A DNA stretch of 64,000 nucleotides from Promethearchaeota archaeon. GTDB taxonomy: Archaea; Asgardarchaeota; Lokiarchaeia; Sigyniarchaeales; SOKP01. Under the pieces are notes generated by a model. It did no database searches, had not been told where the DNA came from, and saw only the letters and a program-made list of their open reading frames with translations. The stretch is taken from the NCBI GenBank assembly GCA_016840165.1, contig JAEOSU010000076.1, forward strand, positions 32,001 to 96,000, in the 5' to 3' direction. The position numbers and the translations under genes are program-made. This document shows, piece by piece, positions 47,641 to 58,200 of this stretch (within the stretch, counting starts at the first letter, position 1; each line of letters begins with the position of its first letter).

Positions 47641-47932
47641 GTTTATTCACCTTTTTTAATTATTTGGTTTTATAACAATTAGTATCACTAAAATTAGTTT
47701 TTTAAAAGTTTGTTTAATGATTTGTAAGAATTCTTACACTGTTATTATTTGAAAAAAAACTAAAGTATGGATTTTATTTTATTTTATAAATTTTGAAATT
47801 AATATTTTTAAAATTCGACTAAGGGGATTATATCTTCAAAAAAAATCGTCTCACCATCAAAACTAAGTTGAATCACATCTTAGTATATATATTATAATCT
47901 ATACACATAAAAGCAATTCAATTTTTAAAGTC

Positions 47933-48166
47933 TTGATGAATAAGCATCATCATGTTCAAAGTTATAAATTCCATCATATCGATACAGATAAGTGTAAAAG
48001 ATGTACTCATTTTTATTGTGAGGATGCTTGTTTTAGAGGAATTTATGATGTTATTAATAAAGATACTGAACCAAAGTGCACAATTATCAAAAAACGCGAA
48101 GATAAGTGTGTAAAATGTCATATATGTACAACTGCGTGCAAGTTTAGAGCTATTATGATTGATTGA
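47933..48166 (+). CDS. Small 2x[4Fe-4S] ferredoxin
   Basis: CKRCTHFYCEDAC and CVKCHICTTAC..AI; His-rich N-terminus. Confidence 0.85.
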   Translation: MMNKHHHVQSYKFHHIDTDKCKRCTHFYCEDACFRGIYDVINKDTEPKCTIIKKREDKCVKCHICTTACKFRAIMID

Positions 48167-48268
48167 AAATCAATTATGATGAGCAGTATTTTTCTAAAAA
48201 ACTTATAAAATATAAATTTCAAAATTAATTAAGCTAATATAGGAAAATAAAAAATCTCCGTTATAATA

Positions 48269-48826
48269 ATGATATCTCAAAAATTAAAACTAGATGATAT
48301 TGATAAGAAAATTATTAGTTTAGTTCAAGAGGATCCTAATCTTACACATACTCAAATTGCTGAAAGGATAGACAGAAGCCAACCAACTGTTGGTATGAGA
48401 ATTAAGAAATTAGAAAAAGAAGGGATTCTCCAATTTCAACCCGGTATTAATTTTAAGAAAGTAGACTTATTTTTAGCTACTGTGGAGTTAAAGACAAAAT
48501 ATCCTGATGAAATTATCGATATGGCTAAATATTGTCCTTTTATGTTAAACGCTTTTCGTTTAAGTGGCGACCATAACATTTGTATTCTTCTTGCAAGCTC
48601 AAAGCTTGAGAAGTTAGATAATATTGTAAATTATCATTTTAGAAATAATCCTAGTGTCCAATCAGTTTCAATGGAAATCGTAACTCAAATAGCTAAGGAT
48701 TTTATACTTCCTATTGATTTTGATTCCGAGGAACATAACCCTACCTTAGAAGAAGGCTGTGGAGAGAACTGCAAGTATAAATTGGGTGCTTTGCAAGCAA
48801 AGGTAGAACAATCACATTTTATGTGA
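48269..48826 (+). CDS. Lrp/AsnC family regulator
   Basis: LDDIDKKII, HTH THTQIAE...SQPTVGMRIKKL, RAM domain SGDHN; tail CGENC. Confidence 0.92.
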   Translation: MISQKLKLDDIDKKIISLVQEDPNLTHTQIAERIDRSQPTVGMRIKKLEKEGILQFQPGINFKKVDLFLATVELKTKYPDEIIDMAKYCPFMLNAFRLSGDHNICILLASSKLEKLDNIVNYHFRNNPSVQSVSMEIVTQIAKDFILPIDFDSEEHNPTLEEGCGENCKYKLGALQAKVEQSHFM

Positions 48827-48851
48827 TTTTTCTTTGAAAGAAAAACAATGA

Positions 48852-49421
48852 TTAGTCTTTCTCTTCTATTTTCTCAAATTGATATTTTGGAATATTAACA
48901 TTTAGTTCACAATCGGGTCCACAGTTGGTAGAATGAAGGTTAAATTTTTCGATTTGAAAATCTATAGGAACAACAAAGTCATGAATAGAGTCAATAATAA
49001 TATTAGTTTTCACGTTTGTAACATGTGGGTCTTTTCTAAAGCAGATATCTACCAACTTTTCAATAGTTTGTAGATCTGAAGCAGCTATAAAGCATAGAAG
49101 ATTGAATTCTCCAGATATTTTAAATGCATGATTAATGAATGGACATTTATCAAGTTTATTTACAATACTATCGACGTCTTTTGTTGATATAAATACGATA
49201 GCTGTTTTTATATCAACTTTCTTTATATTAAATCCCACTTGTTTAGTTAATAAATTCTTACGCTCCAACTTGATTATTCGAGCGCCTACTGCGGGTTGAG
49301 ATTTTTCAATTTCGGTTGCAATTTGACTATGAGTAATATCCGGATCTCGCTCAATCATCTCGATGATTTTATAATCGTCATCATCAATTCCTAATATTTC
49401 TTTAAAAGTTTTCTTTATCAT
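48852..49421 (-). CDS. Lrp/AsnC family regulator (paralog)
   Basis: IDDDDYKII, THSQIA...SQPAVGARI.KL, SGEFN; tail CGPDC. Confidence 0.92.
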   Translation of the reverse strand: MIKKTFKEILGIDDDDYKIIEMIERDPDITHSQIATEIEKSQPAVGARIIKLERKNLLTKQVGFNIKKVDIKTAIVFISTKDVDSIVNKLDKCPFINHAFKISGEFNLLCFIAASDLQTIEKLVDICFRKDPHVTNVKTNIIIDSIHDFVVPIDFQIEKFNLHSTNCGPDCELNVNIPKYQFEKIEEKD

Positions 49422-49601
49422 ATCTTTGTACCTAGAGACGCTATTTTAATATAAATTTTGTTTCTATGAATATAAAATTTAGTTGTGTTTAATATTAACA
49501 AATATGAATAGTTACGATTAAGTTCTTTTGTTTTATAAATTATTTATCTAAATTTTGTTTAGTAATATAAGTTATGATATTATATTTGCTTTGATAGAAA
49601 T

Positions 49602-50582
49602 TTATAACAAATTTACAAAACTTGTAAGAATTTCAAGAATTAAAATTATTATCGTGAAACCAACAAATCCTAATATAAAATAAAGCGGTTTTCCTTTTTC
49701 CTTTTCTGGAATAACTTCGCGTACAATAGTATAGAGAATAACTCCAGAAATAAATGAGTAAAGTATATAAAAAAGTTCTAAATCTAAAACATTAAATTGG
49801 AATATAAGTTCAAGAATCAGCATAACAAGAATACCTAATATCGCAGCACTAGAAAGTAAGTATTTTTTTATCTTATTATCGCTTATATCTGTTTTTTCAT
49901 AAATTTCTAGATCGGTGAAAATGATATGCCCTTCAGATCTATGAGTTATAATTGCTCTTGACCATGCAAATACAAAAAAGAGTATACCTGATACGAATTC
50001 AATCGAAAGCAAACCTGCTAAAATTATTCCAATTAAAAAATGATACGTGAAATTTGTAAAAAAACGCAAATGTGATAAATCTTCACTGATACGGTTTTGA
50101 ATTTTTATTTTATAGCGATTTATTTCATTTAACATTTCCTCTTCTTGTTGATTTAAGCTGGTAATCGTTTGAGCTATGTCCCTTACGGCTGATTCATCTA
50201 AACTTTCCCGAGTTAGCTCTTTAGTTAAAACTTTTTCAATTCCCTTCTCAACTTCTTCTAAAGTCTTTTCCTTTTGAAGTAACTTACGCATTCTTCTCTG
50301 AGAGTTTACTTCAACTTTCTGTAGAATTAGTTTTTCAGTGACATGGACAAAAGAAAATCCCACCACTACAAAAAGATACTCAAAAATCACAATTTCAAAA
50401 GGAATGACAGGAATTCCTATAGCGACCTCTGGAAGTAGAACAAGAAAGAAATACGACAAGGAAATCCCCGCGATAAGCGATATATGGAGTTTTGGATGTT
50501 GATGTTCATAAAAATCTGCGATAAAGAAAAAGATGCCAAAAACTAAAGATACTATCGCTACAATTAAAAAATTCTCTATCAT
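49602..50582 (-). CDS. Membrane protein, possibly ZIP metal transporter-like, with a coiled-coil insert
   Basis: SLIAGISLSYFFLVLLPE, FISGVILY..VREVIP; ~85-aa charged helical loop after TM3. Confidence 0.6.
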   Translation of the reverse strand: MIENFLIVAIVSLVFGIFFFIADFYEHQHPKLHISLIAGISLSYFFLVLLPEVAIGIPVIPFEIVIFEYLFVVVGFSFVHVTEKLILQKVEVNSQRRMRKLLQKEKTLEEVEKGIEKVLTKELTRESLDESAVRDIAQTITSLNQQEEEMLNEINRYKIKIQNRISEDLSHLRFFTNFTYHFLIGIILAGLLSIEFVSGILFFVFAWSRAIITHRSEGHIIFTDLEIYEKTDISDNKIKKYLLSSAAILGILVMLILELIFQFNVLDLELFYILYSFISGVILYTIVREVIPEKEKGKPLYFILGFVGFTIIILILEILTSFVNLL

Positions 50583-50698
50583 TATTATTCACAAGATTGA
50601 AGAAATTTATAAAAGTTTTATGGTAAAGGTTTCAATTTTTAAGTAGAATTACAATTTATTGTATTGATATAAACATTTGATGTAGATAGTTGATGTGA

Positions 50699-51619
50699 AT
50701 GGACTTTCTGATAATTACTTCCAGACAAGATAAGGCTTCAATGAACATTCGAAATAATATATTAAATTCTACCTTATATTCTTTTAGAAAATCAGAAAAA
50801 GTATGGCATGAAAATCACATATATCAACTCGAAGGTTTTACAGAAAATAATGCTTTTAATAGTCTTTTAAACAAAAATCATATATATTTAGGACTGACAA
50901 ATGAACGTTTAATTTTTTTAAATGATTTAAAATTGAGGCAAACAAAAATTAATCCAAATGCCATTATTTTTGCAAGTCGACATACCTCGAAAACAGCAAG
51001 ACCAGCGATATTAATACACACAACAGGCAATTGGAGTGATGATGTGACTTTTGGTGGAGGCCCTTATGAATTATCTAAAACAAGTGCCTTGTTACAAAAA
51101 GCAGGCTTTTATTGCTTGGAGGATCATTTACAAAAAGAAAATATAACTAAATTTAACTTCGATATGGAAGTGACTCACCACGGTCCGACGAACTTAGATA
51201 TTCCTTTAGTATACATGGAATTGGGAAGTAGTAAAAATGAATGGACTTTGAGTAAGGCAGGTAAACTAGTTGGAGATGCTATAATTGATACCATCTTTAA
51301 ATATCTTTCTTATCAATTAGAAGAAGATATAAAAGTGGGATTAGGTTTCGGTGGAACGCATTATGCCCCGAATTTTAATAAAATTATGGGACTTTCAGAC
51401 ATCGCATTATCTTTTATATGCCCGAAATACTATATTCAAAATCTTAACAATAAGCTTATAGCCCAGATGATACAAAATACTACTGAAAGGATTGATTACT
51501 TCATAATCGACTGGAAAGGTACAAATTCAGCCGATAAAAACCATTTGTTTTCACTTTTAGAAGATTTTGACATTCCCATCAAAAAGAGTAAAGATTTTAA
51601 ATCTGAAATTGCTTATTGA
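50699..51619 (+). CDS. dtdA: D-aminoacyl-tRNA deacylase, archaeal DTD2 type
   Basis: D.AS.NI, FASRH.S, HTTGN, EVTHHGP, ELGS...W, GFGG.HY, IDWK. Confidence 0.93.
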   Translation: MDFLIITSRQDKASMNIRNNILNSTLYSFRKSEKVWHENHIYQLEGFTENNAFNSLLNKNHIYLGLTNERLIFLNDLKLRQTKINPNAIIFASRHTSKTARPAILIHTTGNWSDDVTFGGGPYELSKTSALLQKAGFYCLEDHLQKENITKFNFDMEVTHHGPTNLDIPLVYMELGSSKNEWTLSKAGKLVGDAIIDTIFKYLSYQLEEDIKVGLGFGGTHYAPNFNKIMGLSDIALSFICPKYYIQNLNNKLIAQMIQNTTERIDYFIIDWKGTNSADKNHLFSLLEDFDIPIKKSKDFKSEIAY

Positions 51620-52470
51620 TGTTCTTCATAATATTTTTTTAAATTCTCAAAAACATAATGACAAGCCAAATAACCTTGAGTCGCTGCTTTAGATAAAATA
51701 TTGTTTAACAATTGAGGATCTTTCGCTCCTTTTATAATGGAAACATTAATTTCTCTTATATTATAATAACTTCTCCAAAATAAGGTAGGCCAATCTACAA
51801 GAGGACGTAAAATTTGATTAAATTTCTTTTTACCCTCTTCAGACAATTCAATTTCTTTGGCTAAATTATAAACATAAGCCCTACCTTCCTTTTTTTTTTT
51901 GAGAAATCCATCTTGAATTATTTCATTAAGATATTTTCGTAATTCGGTTAACTTTATATCAATAAAAATTTTATTTAGATTCTCTTTAATTGTTTTTGTG
52001 GTTAGTCCATTATTTTTGATCATGAAATATGTTCTCGCCAAAATGTTATATTTTAAAGGTACAGATTCGTGATCCATTTGATTATACTGGAAAAGATTTC
52101 CTAAAATTTCTTTCGCAATAAAATATTTGAGTTGTAATTGATCTATCTCTGAAAAATCCTTCTTAAATTTTGAGGAATCATTGAGATAAGATTTATAAAG
52201 TGTAGAGAGTAAAGATTTGATCGAATGAAATCCATCATCGAAAGAGAGTCTTACTGTGTCCAGAATTTCTATCCTATAACTAACATCATTTAGAAATCGG
52301 TCTTTCTCTACAGAAAATTGTCTTAATATATGAGGATTTGGCTCGAATTCATTGAGATAAGCGTCCCATTCTCTTTTGAACCTATAAGATTGAGTTTTTG
52401 AAATCCCTGAGAGTTTATATACTACTTCATACAACTTTGCTATAAATTCTTTTTCACTAAGCTCAGTCAT
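51613..52470 (-). CDS. Hypothetical protein with a probable winged-helix domain
   Basis: ELRKYLNEIIQDGFLKKKKEGRAYVY wHTH-like segment; convergent 7-nt overlap with dtdA. Confidence 0.7.
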   Translation of the reverse strand: MTELSEKEFIAKLYEVVYKLSGISKTQSYRFKREWDAYLNEFEPNPHILRQFSVEKDRFLNDVSYRIEILDTVRLSFDDGFHSIKSLLSTLYKSYLNDSSKFKKDFSEIDQLQLKYFIAKEILGNLFQYNQMDHESVPLKYNILARTYFMIKNNGLTTKTIKENLNKIFIDIKLTELRKYLNEIIQDGFLKKKKEGRAYVYNLAKEIELSEEGKKKFNQILRPLVDWPTLFWRSYYNIREINVSIIKGAKDPQLLNNILSKAATQGYLACHYVFENLKKYYEEHQ

Positions 52471-52679
52471 CTAGTAATGCCTAACGCTTTTTCTAATTTA
52501 ACTGTATAAATTAATATTTATTAAAATCTAAAGATTTTTAAAGTTTCATTAGGATTTCAATTCGAAAAAATAGGGGATTAATAATATCGATATCAAAGAT
52601 ATTTTTTAGACCAATTCATTCTGATAATTAATATTAAGCATTTAGATCTTATGATATTTACATTTATTTAGGTGAGTAG

Positions 52680-53069
52680 TTGTTGAAAATAGAACATATA
52701 GCTCTTGCTTCAAATTCAGAACGAGAAAGTGATAGGTTTTTCATCGATTTATTGGGAGTGGAAAAAATCAGAAACTTTATGGTATCCAACGATAAAATGA
52801 AGAAATTTTTTAATGTGGACGATGCACATAACTTCATTAGATATGGAAAAGAAGAGTTTTCCGTGGAGGTTATTGTTACTAATAAGAAAGAACAAGTAAA
52901 AGATAGGTTCACTCATTCTTGTATTGTTGTAGAGGATGGAATAAAATTATTAGAGAAAGCAGAAGCTATGGGATATAAAACAATTAAAGTTCCCAGAGAT
53001 AAGGATAGTGGTTATTATTTATTTTTAAAAGACAGTTTTGGAAATTTATTTGAGATAAAAGAATCATAA
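52680..53069 (+). CDS. VOC/glyoxalase family protein
   Basis: IEHIAL, FF.DLLG, H.CI.V, FLKD.FGNLFE; AGGTGA SD. Confidence 0.88.
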   Translation: MLKIEHIALASNSERESDRFFIDLLGVEKIRNFMVSNDKMKKFFNVDDAHNFIRYGKEEFSVEVIVTNKKEQVKDRFTHSCIVVEDGIKLLEKAEAMGYKTIKVPRDKDSGYYLFLKDSFGNLFEIKES

Positions 53070-53150
53070 AACTTTTTATAGCAAATTCTTTTTTATAATT
53101 TTGAATTTGTCAAAATTATCAAAATTTGTTCTGAATGGAGGGAATAAATC

Positions 53151-53930
53151 ATTCCAAAGTCATATAAGCTCAAAGTAATATTAGGTGGCGCCCAAAATTC
53201 AGGTAAAACATCTTTCATAGATGGAGACACTCAAAATGAAAGTCCAATTGGAGTATCCTTTAAACCTATTGAGTGTTATGCAAATGGTATTGATAATTAT
53301 AAGTTTATTGTATGGGATCTAGAAGAGCGTGAAAGATTTCATTTTTTATTTCCTTATTTCTGTCGCGGTGCATGCGCTGGTTTATTATGTATCGATTTGA
53401 CTAACCGTAATTCCTTCTTAGAATTAGATAATTGGATAACTCTATTTAAACAGAATGCAGGATCCATCCCGATAATTTTAATAGGAACAAAGTATGATTT
53501 AGAACCACAAGAAGTGAGTGAAGAAGAAATAAATAATTACGCCATAGATCATGAAATAAACAATGTTTTTTTTAATTCAATATATGATGATAATAGCAAT
53601 AAAATAGAGATTTTTAAATCTATCGTTGAATCAATAGATCCGAATTATCCTCTTGAGAATTTTTCTCTTTTTACGCAAAAAGATTTTGTTTCTGAAGAAT
53701 TTAAAGAATTTTTACGATATTTTTCGGTATGCCCAATATGCAATAATGAGAACCATTACGAATCTTTAAAAAATATATATATTAGTAGTGACCCTAAGTT
53801 GATAATATTAAGAGACCAATTATATAACGCAATTGAAGTTTCTCAACATTTATCTTTAAAGAGGAGAAGAAACTTGAAAATTGGTATACCTTGCTGTGAT
53901 TGTTATAAAAGATTCTTTAATAATAAGTAA
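53151..53930 (+). CDS. Rab-like small GTPase with a C-terminal Cys cluster (5' end extended beyond the ORF track)
   Basis: The frame is open from the TAA at 53145-53147: (M)PKSYKLKVILGGAQNSGKTS...IGVSF...FIVWDLEERERF..LFPYFCRGA...CIDLT, then GTKYD; C-terminal CPIC...CCDC. The exact start is uncertain. Confidence 0.85.
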   Translation: MPKSYKLKVILGGAQNSGKTSFIDGDTQNESPIGVSFKPIECYANGIDNYKFIVWDLEERERFHFLFPYFCRGACAGLLCIDLTNRNSFLELDNWITLFKQNAGSIPIILIGTKYDLEPQEVSEEEINNYAIDHEINNVFFNSIYDDNSNKIEIFKSIVESIDPNYPLENFSLFTQKDFVSEEFKEFLRYFSVCPICNNENHYESLKNIYISSDPKLIILRDQLYNAIEVSQHLSLKRRRNLKIGIPCCDCYKRFFNNK

Positions 53931-53946
53931 TGATTTTTGATTTTTT

Positions 53947-54753
53947 TTACTCATCCCATACTGCTGAGCTGAGCAAATGTTCGATACGTGTTCTTCTAGG
54001 TCGGACAAATTTAGTACGATTATCTTTACGTTCTAATAATAAATGCTTTTCCAAATTATTAGAATGAACCATATATACTTCTAAATCGCCTTTATCCAAG
54101 AAAATATGATTAAAACTAGGGACGTCATCAGCTCGTACTTTTCTGGAGGATGATGTCCCACAATAGAGATAAGTAGTGGGTCCAATTACATGAGCATGGG
54201 GTACATGGCGATGACCCATTAATACTAAATCAATTTCAAATAATTGAGTGAATTCAATTATTTCACCGGCATCGCGAACAGTGGTAAATTTTTGTCCCGA
54301 TAATGGAACAGGAATCAGATGATGATGTAGTGCGATAATTCGGTTTTCTAAATTTTTATTAAAACATCTTCCCATCCAATCTAATTGTTCATCTCCTATC
54401 ATTCCTTCACTCATATCGTCTCTTGCTGAGCATAGACCAACAATAATTGTATCTTTCTCTTCAATAACCATCTTAGATCTTCTTGGACCAATTAATCTTT
54501 CAAAAAAAATGAGGCCCGAATTCTTAGCGCAATGATTACCTGGAATCACCATTAATCGCGTTATTGCTTTGATTCTGTTAAAATAAGGAAGAATATTCTC
54601 ATACTGCACCACTCTTCCTTTATGAACAACGTCTCCCGTGCATATTACAACATCTGGATTAGCTTCCTTTATATAGTCAATGATATTTTCCAAATATTCC
54701 GCAACAAATTCACTTCCATAATGTAAATCACTAATCTGTATTATTTCTACCAT
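53947..54753 (-). CDS. Calcineurin-like metallophosphoesterase (CpdA/Icc-like)
   Basis: SDLH, TGD, PGNH, LHHH, GHRH. Confidence 0.92.
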   Translation of the reverse strand: MVEIIQISDLHYGSEFVAEYLENIIDYIKEANPDVVICTGDVVHKGRVVQYENILPYFNRIKAITRLMVIPGNHCAKNSGLIFFERLIGPRRSKMVIEEKDTIIVGLCSARDDMSEGMIGDEQLDWMGRCFNKNLENRIIALHHHLIPVPLSGQKFTTVRDAGEIIEFTQLFEIDLVLMGHRHVPHAHVIGPTTYLYCGTSSSRKVRADDVPSFNHIFLDKGDLEVYMVHSNNLEKHLLLERKDNRTKFVRPRRTRIEHLLSSAVWDE

Positions 54754-54887
54754 GCTATCAATACCATATTCATTATTTTATTTTAACCTAATGTGTTCTA
54801 ATGTATATTAAATTTTAAATTATATTAAAGACTGAATATGGCTTTTTATATAATCCTAAAATTATTATTCATGGAATAAAAGTAGTT

Positions 54888-55049
54888 TTAAAAGACGGTT
54901 TCAACATTGACATAGTTATTGATTTTTCGATTCTGTGCGATTTTATCTAAAATTAGCTTATCTCTACAATTAACACAAATTCCATTTATTTTTAACCAAC
55001 ACTCTTGGCCGCATTTAGAACATAAAAATTTTTTATAGATAATTTTCAT
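54888..55049 (-). CDS. Small zinc-finger protein (53 aa), missing from the ORF track
   Basis: MKIIYKKFLCSKCGQECWLKINGICVNCRDKLILDKIAQNRKINNYVNVETVF (CxxCG...G.CxxC). Confidence 0.65.
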   Translation of the reverse strand: MKIIYKKFLCSKCGQECWLKINGICVNCRDKLILDKIAQNRKINNYVNVETVF

Positions 55050-55222
55050 ACATATCTCTCATTTCTCTTATTAATTAAAGTATTTATTCGAAATTTTTTA
55101 AGCAATTTCGCCATATTATATAAAAACTATAGAGATATATATAGGTGATTCGAGCGGATTTTGGAGGAATATAATCAGTTTATTAGAATAAATAAATTAA
55201 CTATATATCTCGTGTTTAATTT

Positions 55223-58200
55223 TTATATTAATTTTTCTAAATCCTCTCGAATCATATGAAGCAATTCAGATCCTTTATTTTTACAGTCTTTAATTAATGC
55301 TTGACCATAATCAATAGATCCTCCCCCTTTACCATTAAAACGTTCTGAAAATTCTTTTATAAATGAACCCATATTAAGGTTAAGTTTATTGGAAGGTTGT
55401 TTTCCCATCATCCCAAGCAAAATTATTCCATTTTTAATGGTGCTAATAAATATAGCTATTATATCTTCTGAATACTTCATAATATTTTTACCTAAAGTAT
55501 TTAGATCTTTCTGAGAAATGTTATCAAAATGTTTAAGAATTAGATTAAAACTACTGAATTTTTCCGCATTATTAATAATATTATCAATATATTCTTTACT
55601 AAAGATATTCTGTAATTCTTTTAACTTTTTCTTTGCCTCTTCCCATTCTGAGAAAAATTTTTCTATTCGGAAAGGAATATTCTCTTTCGGAATTTTATCC
55701 TCCTTTTTTGTCTTTAAAACTATAGCTAATTCCGATAAAATATCTCCAGTAAATTTTTCTTTAGAAGTTAATTGGAGGTCACTATTCTTAACCTTTCCGA
55801 ATTTGAGCTGTTCAAGTGCTTTATTTAACTTTTTCCACTTATTAATTAATTCGTTTATGCGCCCTACAACAAATTCTCTATTCACTCCGAATTTCTCTTC
55901 TAAATGCTTCAATATTTTTTCTTGTTTTTCTTCATATCTTTTTGTAGCTTCTCCAGCGGTAAAAGTTAAACGAATAATCCCATCTTGAATTTTCCGCGAT
56001 TTGGTTATTTTAATCTTACCTGTTTCTGCAGTATTATTCAGATGAGTACCTCCACAAGCTTCCACATCAATTCCAGGGATTTCTACTATTCGAATCATTT
56101 TGCCTGGAACCGCTCCTCCCTGATAAATTCTCATCCCATATTTTTTTTCGGCCTCAGAACGGGGAATAAAAGATAGATTCAAGTCTATGCCTTTTTCCAC
56201 TATTTTGTTGGAAATATCTTCAATTTGCTTAAGCTCATCAGCAGGTATTTGAGCATAATGTGTTATATCTAAATGAGAATTTTTAAGAGTTTTTTTTGCC
56301 CCCGCTTGATTGATATGATCACCCAAAATTTCTCTCGCAGCGGCATTGACAATATGAGTAGCAGTATGATGTTGAGAGAGTTGATAGCGCCAACTTTTAT
56401 CCACTTCGACTGTAACTTCATCTCCTTCATTAAACTGTGGTGATTCGTCTAATACATGAACAATGTGATTTCCTTGTTTATAGACATTTTGAAATGGTTG
56501 GTCATCAATATTGCCAATATCATGCAATTGACCCCCTGAAGTTGGATATGCAACTGTTTGATCTAATATTGCATTATTATCGATGATTTTCAACACCTTT
56601 GCTTTATTAGATGTAATTGTGTAATCGTAATAGTAAAGAGCTTTAGTTTCAGGTACATTTTTTAAGTCAAGTTCAACTTCCTTTGTAATCTCTTGTTCTT
56701 TTTCCTTCATCTCATGCTTTTCTACAACTAGATTATAAAAATTCTCAGGAATTTTAATTGAAATTCCAAGTTTTTTTGCTGTTTCTTTGACCAGGTCAGG
56801 ACTTATTCCTCTGGAATCATATAATTCAATAAGAGTTTCAACGGAAATGTCTCCATCTTTGATTCTTTTTTCCAGAATTTTACCGGCCTTCTTTTTATTT
56901 TCATAGTATTTCTCTTTTTCCACCTCTAAAATTTCTTGAATTTCACCCAGATGTTCGGATAATTCTGGGAAGAGCCCATGTAATTCTTCTGCATGCCATC
57001 GACATACTTGCGCAAGATCAATATCCCATTGAAAGTGATCGATAAAAGAGATTGCACGACGAAAAATGACTCGTAAATTATAACCACCTCCCATATTAGA
57101 AGGCAATTTTCCATCATTTATAGCAAATAATAGCGTTCTTGTATGTTCTGCGATTGAATAGAGTGCAGTCATAGGTAAGATCTTTGATTTTAAATCTGAT
57201 ACTTGAAAATTTAATTTATCTGCTACTTTTTGCCAGGCAACGTCCATATTCTCGACTTCGTCATAATTTAAGTAAGCAGAATATTTTGAAAAATCATTGT
57301 AGAGTTCTAAATCTAATTTAATTTGAGTAATTTCCCTTAATTTTGAGATTACATAAGGAAATGTCGCTTCATAGATATTTGGAGTTCCTTGTGAGAACCA
57401 AGCAACTCGTTCTTGGCCCATTCCCATGTCAAGTACTTTTAGACTAAGTTCCTTAGGGCCCTCACTAGTTTGTTCGTACATAGTATAGACTTGATTGAAT
57501 AATTCTATTCCTCTACTAAAAAATTCAAGGCTACATCCAAATGACCCTCCACCAGCCCAACTATCCTCATGGATGGTAATCTCTTCTTTTGGTAAACCAA
57601 CACCTATATGAATAAAATCATGAATATCTTTAAACAACTGCCCTTGATCCCATTCCTCTGGTGAACCAAAAAAATGCTGTCCGATCATGGTGAAACCACA
57701 TAAATGAGCACCAGTTAAGCCTACATTTTCAATATCATTGAATCTTAAACAGAATTGAGGAATAATCAGTTTTTTTGCTGGGGGTTCAACTTCTCCGGTA
57801 ATAACATATGGTTGAAAAGCAGATATTGATGCAATAGTGAATTCTGACGTGGGATTCCATCTCGCAACGCATGGATAACGATTTATGGGAACATACCCTC
57901 TGGGTTCCAATATTTCAACTATTTTCTCCCATACTCCGATATAGGACAGTTTTACCTTAGCAGGGTTCTTTTCAATTATTTGAAAACCCCCAGAGCATAC
58001 CGGATCACCACAAACAGTTCTTTCTTTAAGTTGAGTCCAAAAATAAGTACCACAATGCTCACATTGTTTTCTCATATACCCTAATTTCCTTAATTCTTGA
58101 GTAGGAAAATATTTATCAGGGTTTTTTGAAGCTATCTCCTTAAACGCTTTTTTAATTTTTTTATCACTTTGAAGATCTTTTAGATCTTTTAATTCTTCAT

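Noticed and set aside
18649-49421. Selenocysteine (UGA) recoding, plausible for Lokiarchaeia redox genes
   Set aside because: The redox motifs I checked are all encoded by Cys, the TGA-terminated ORFs appear full length, and I recognised no SECIS-like element.
51890-51900. Long T homopolymer (and the A run near 18922-18930) as phase-variation or frameshift sites
   Set aside because: They encode poly-Lys within intact reading frames and are expected in such AT-rich DNA.
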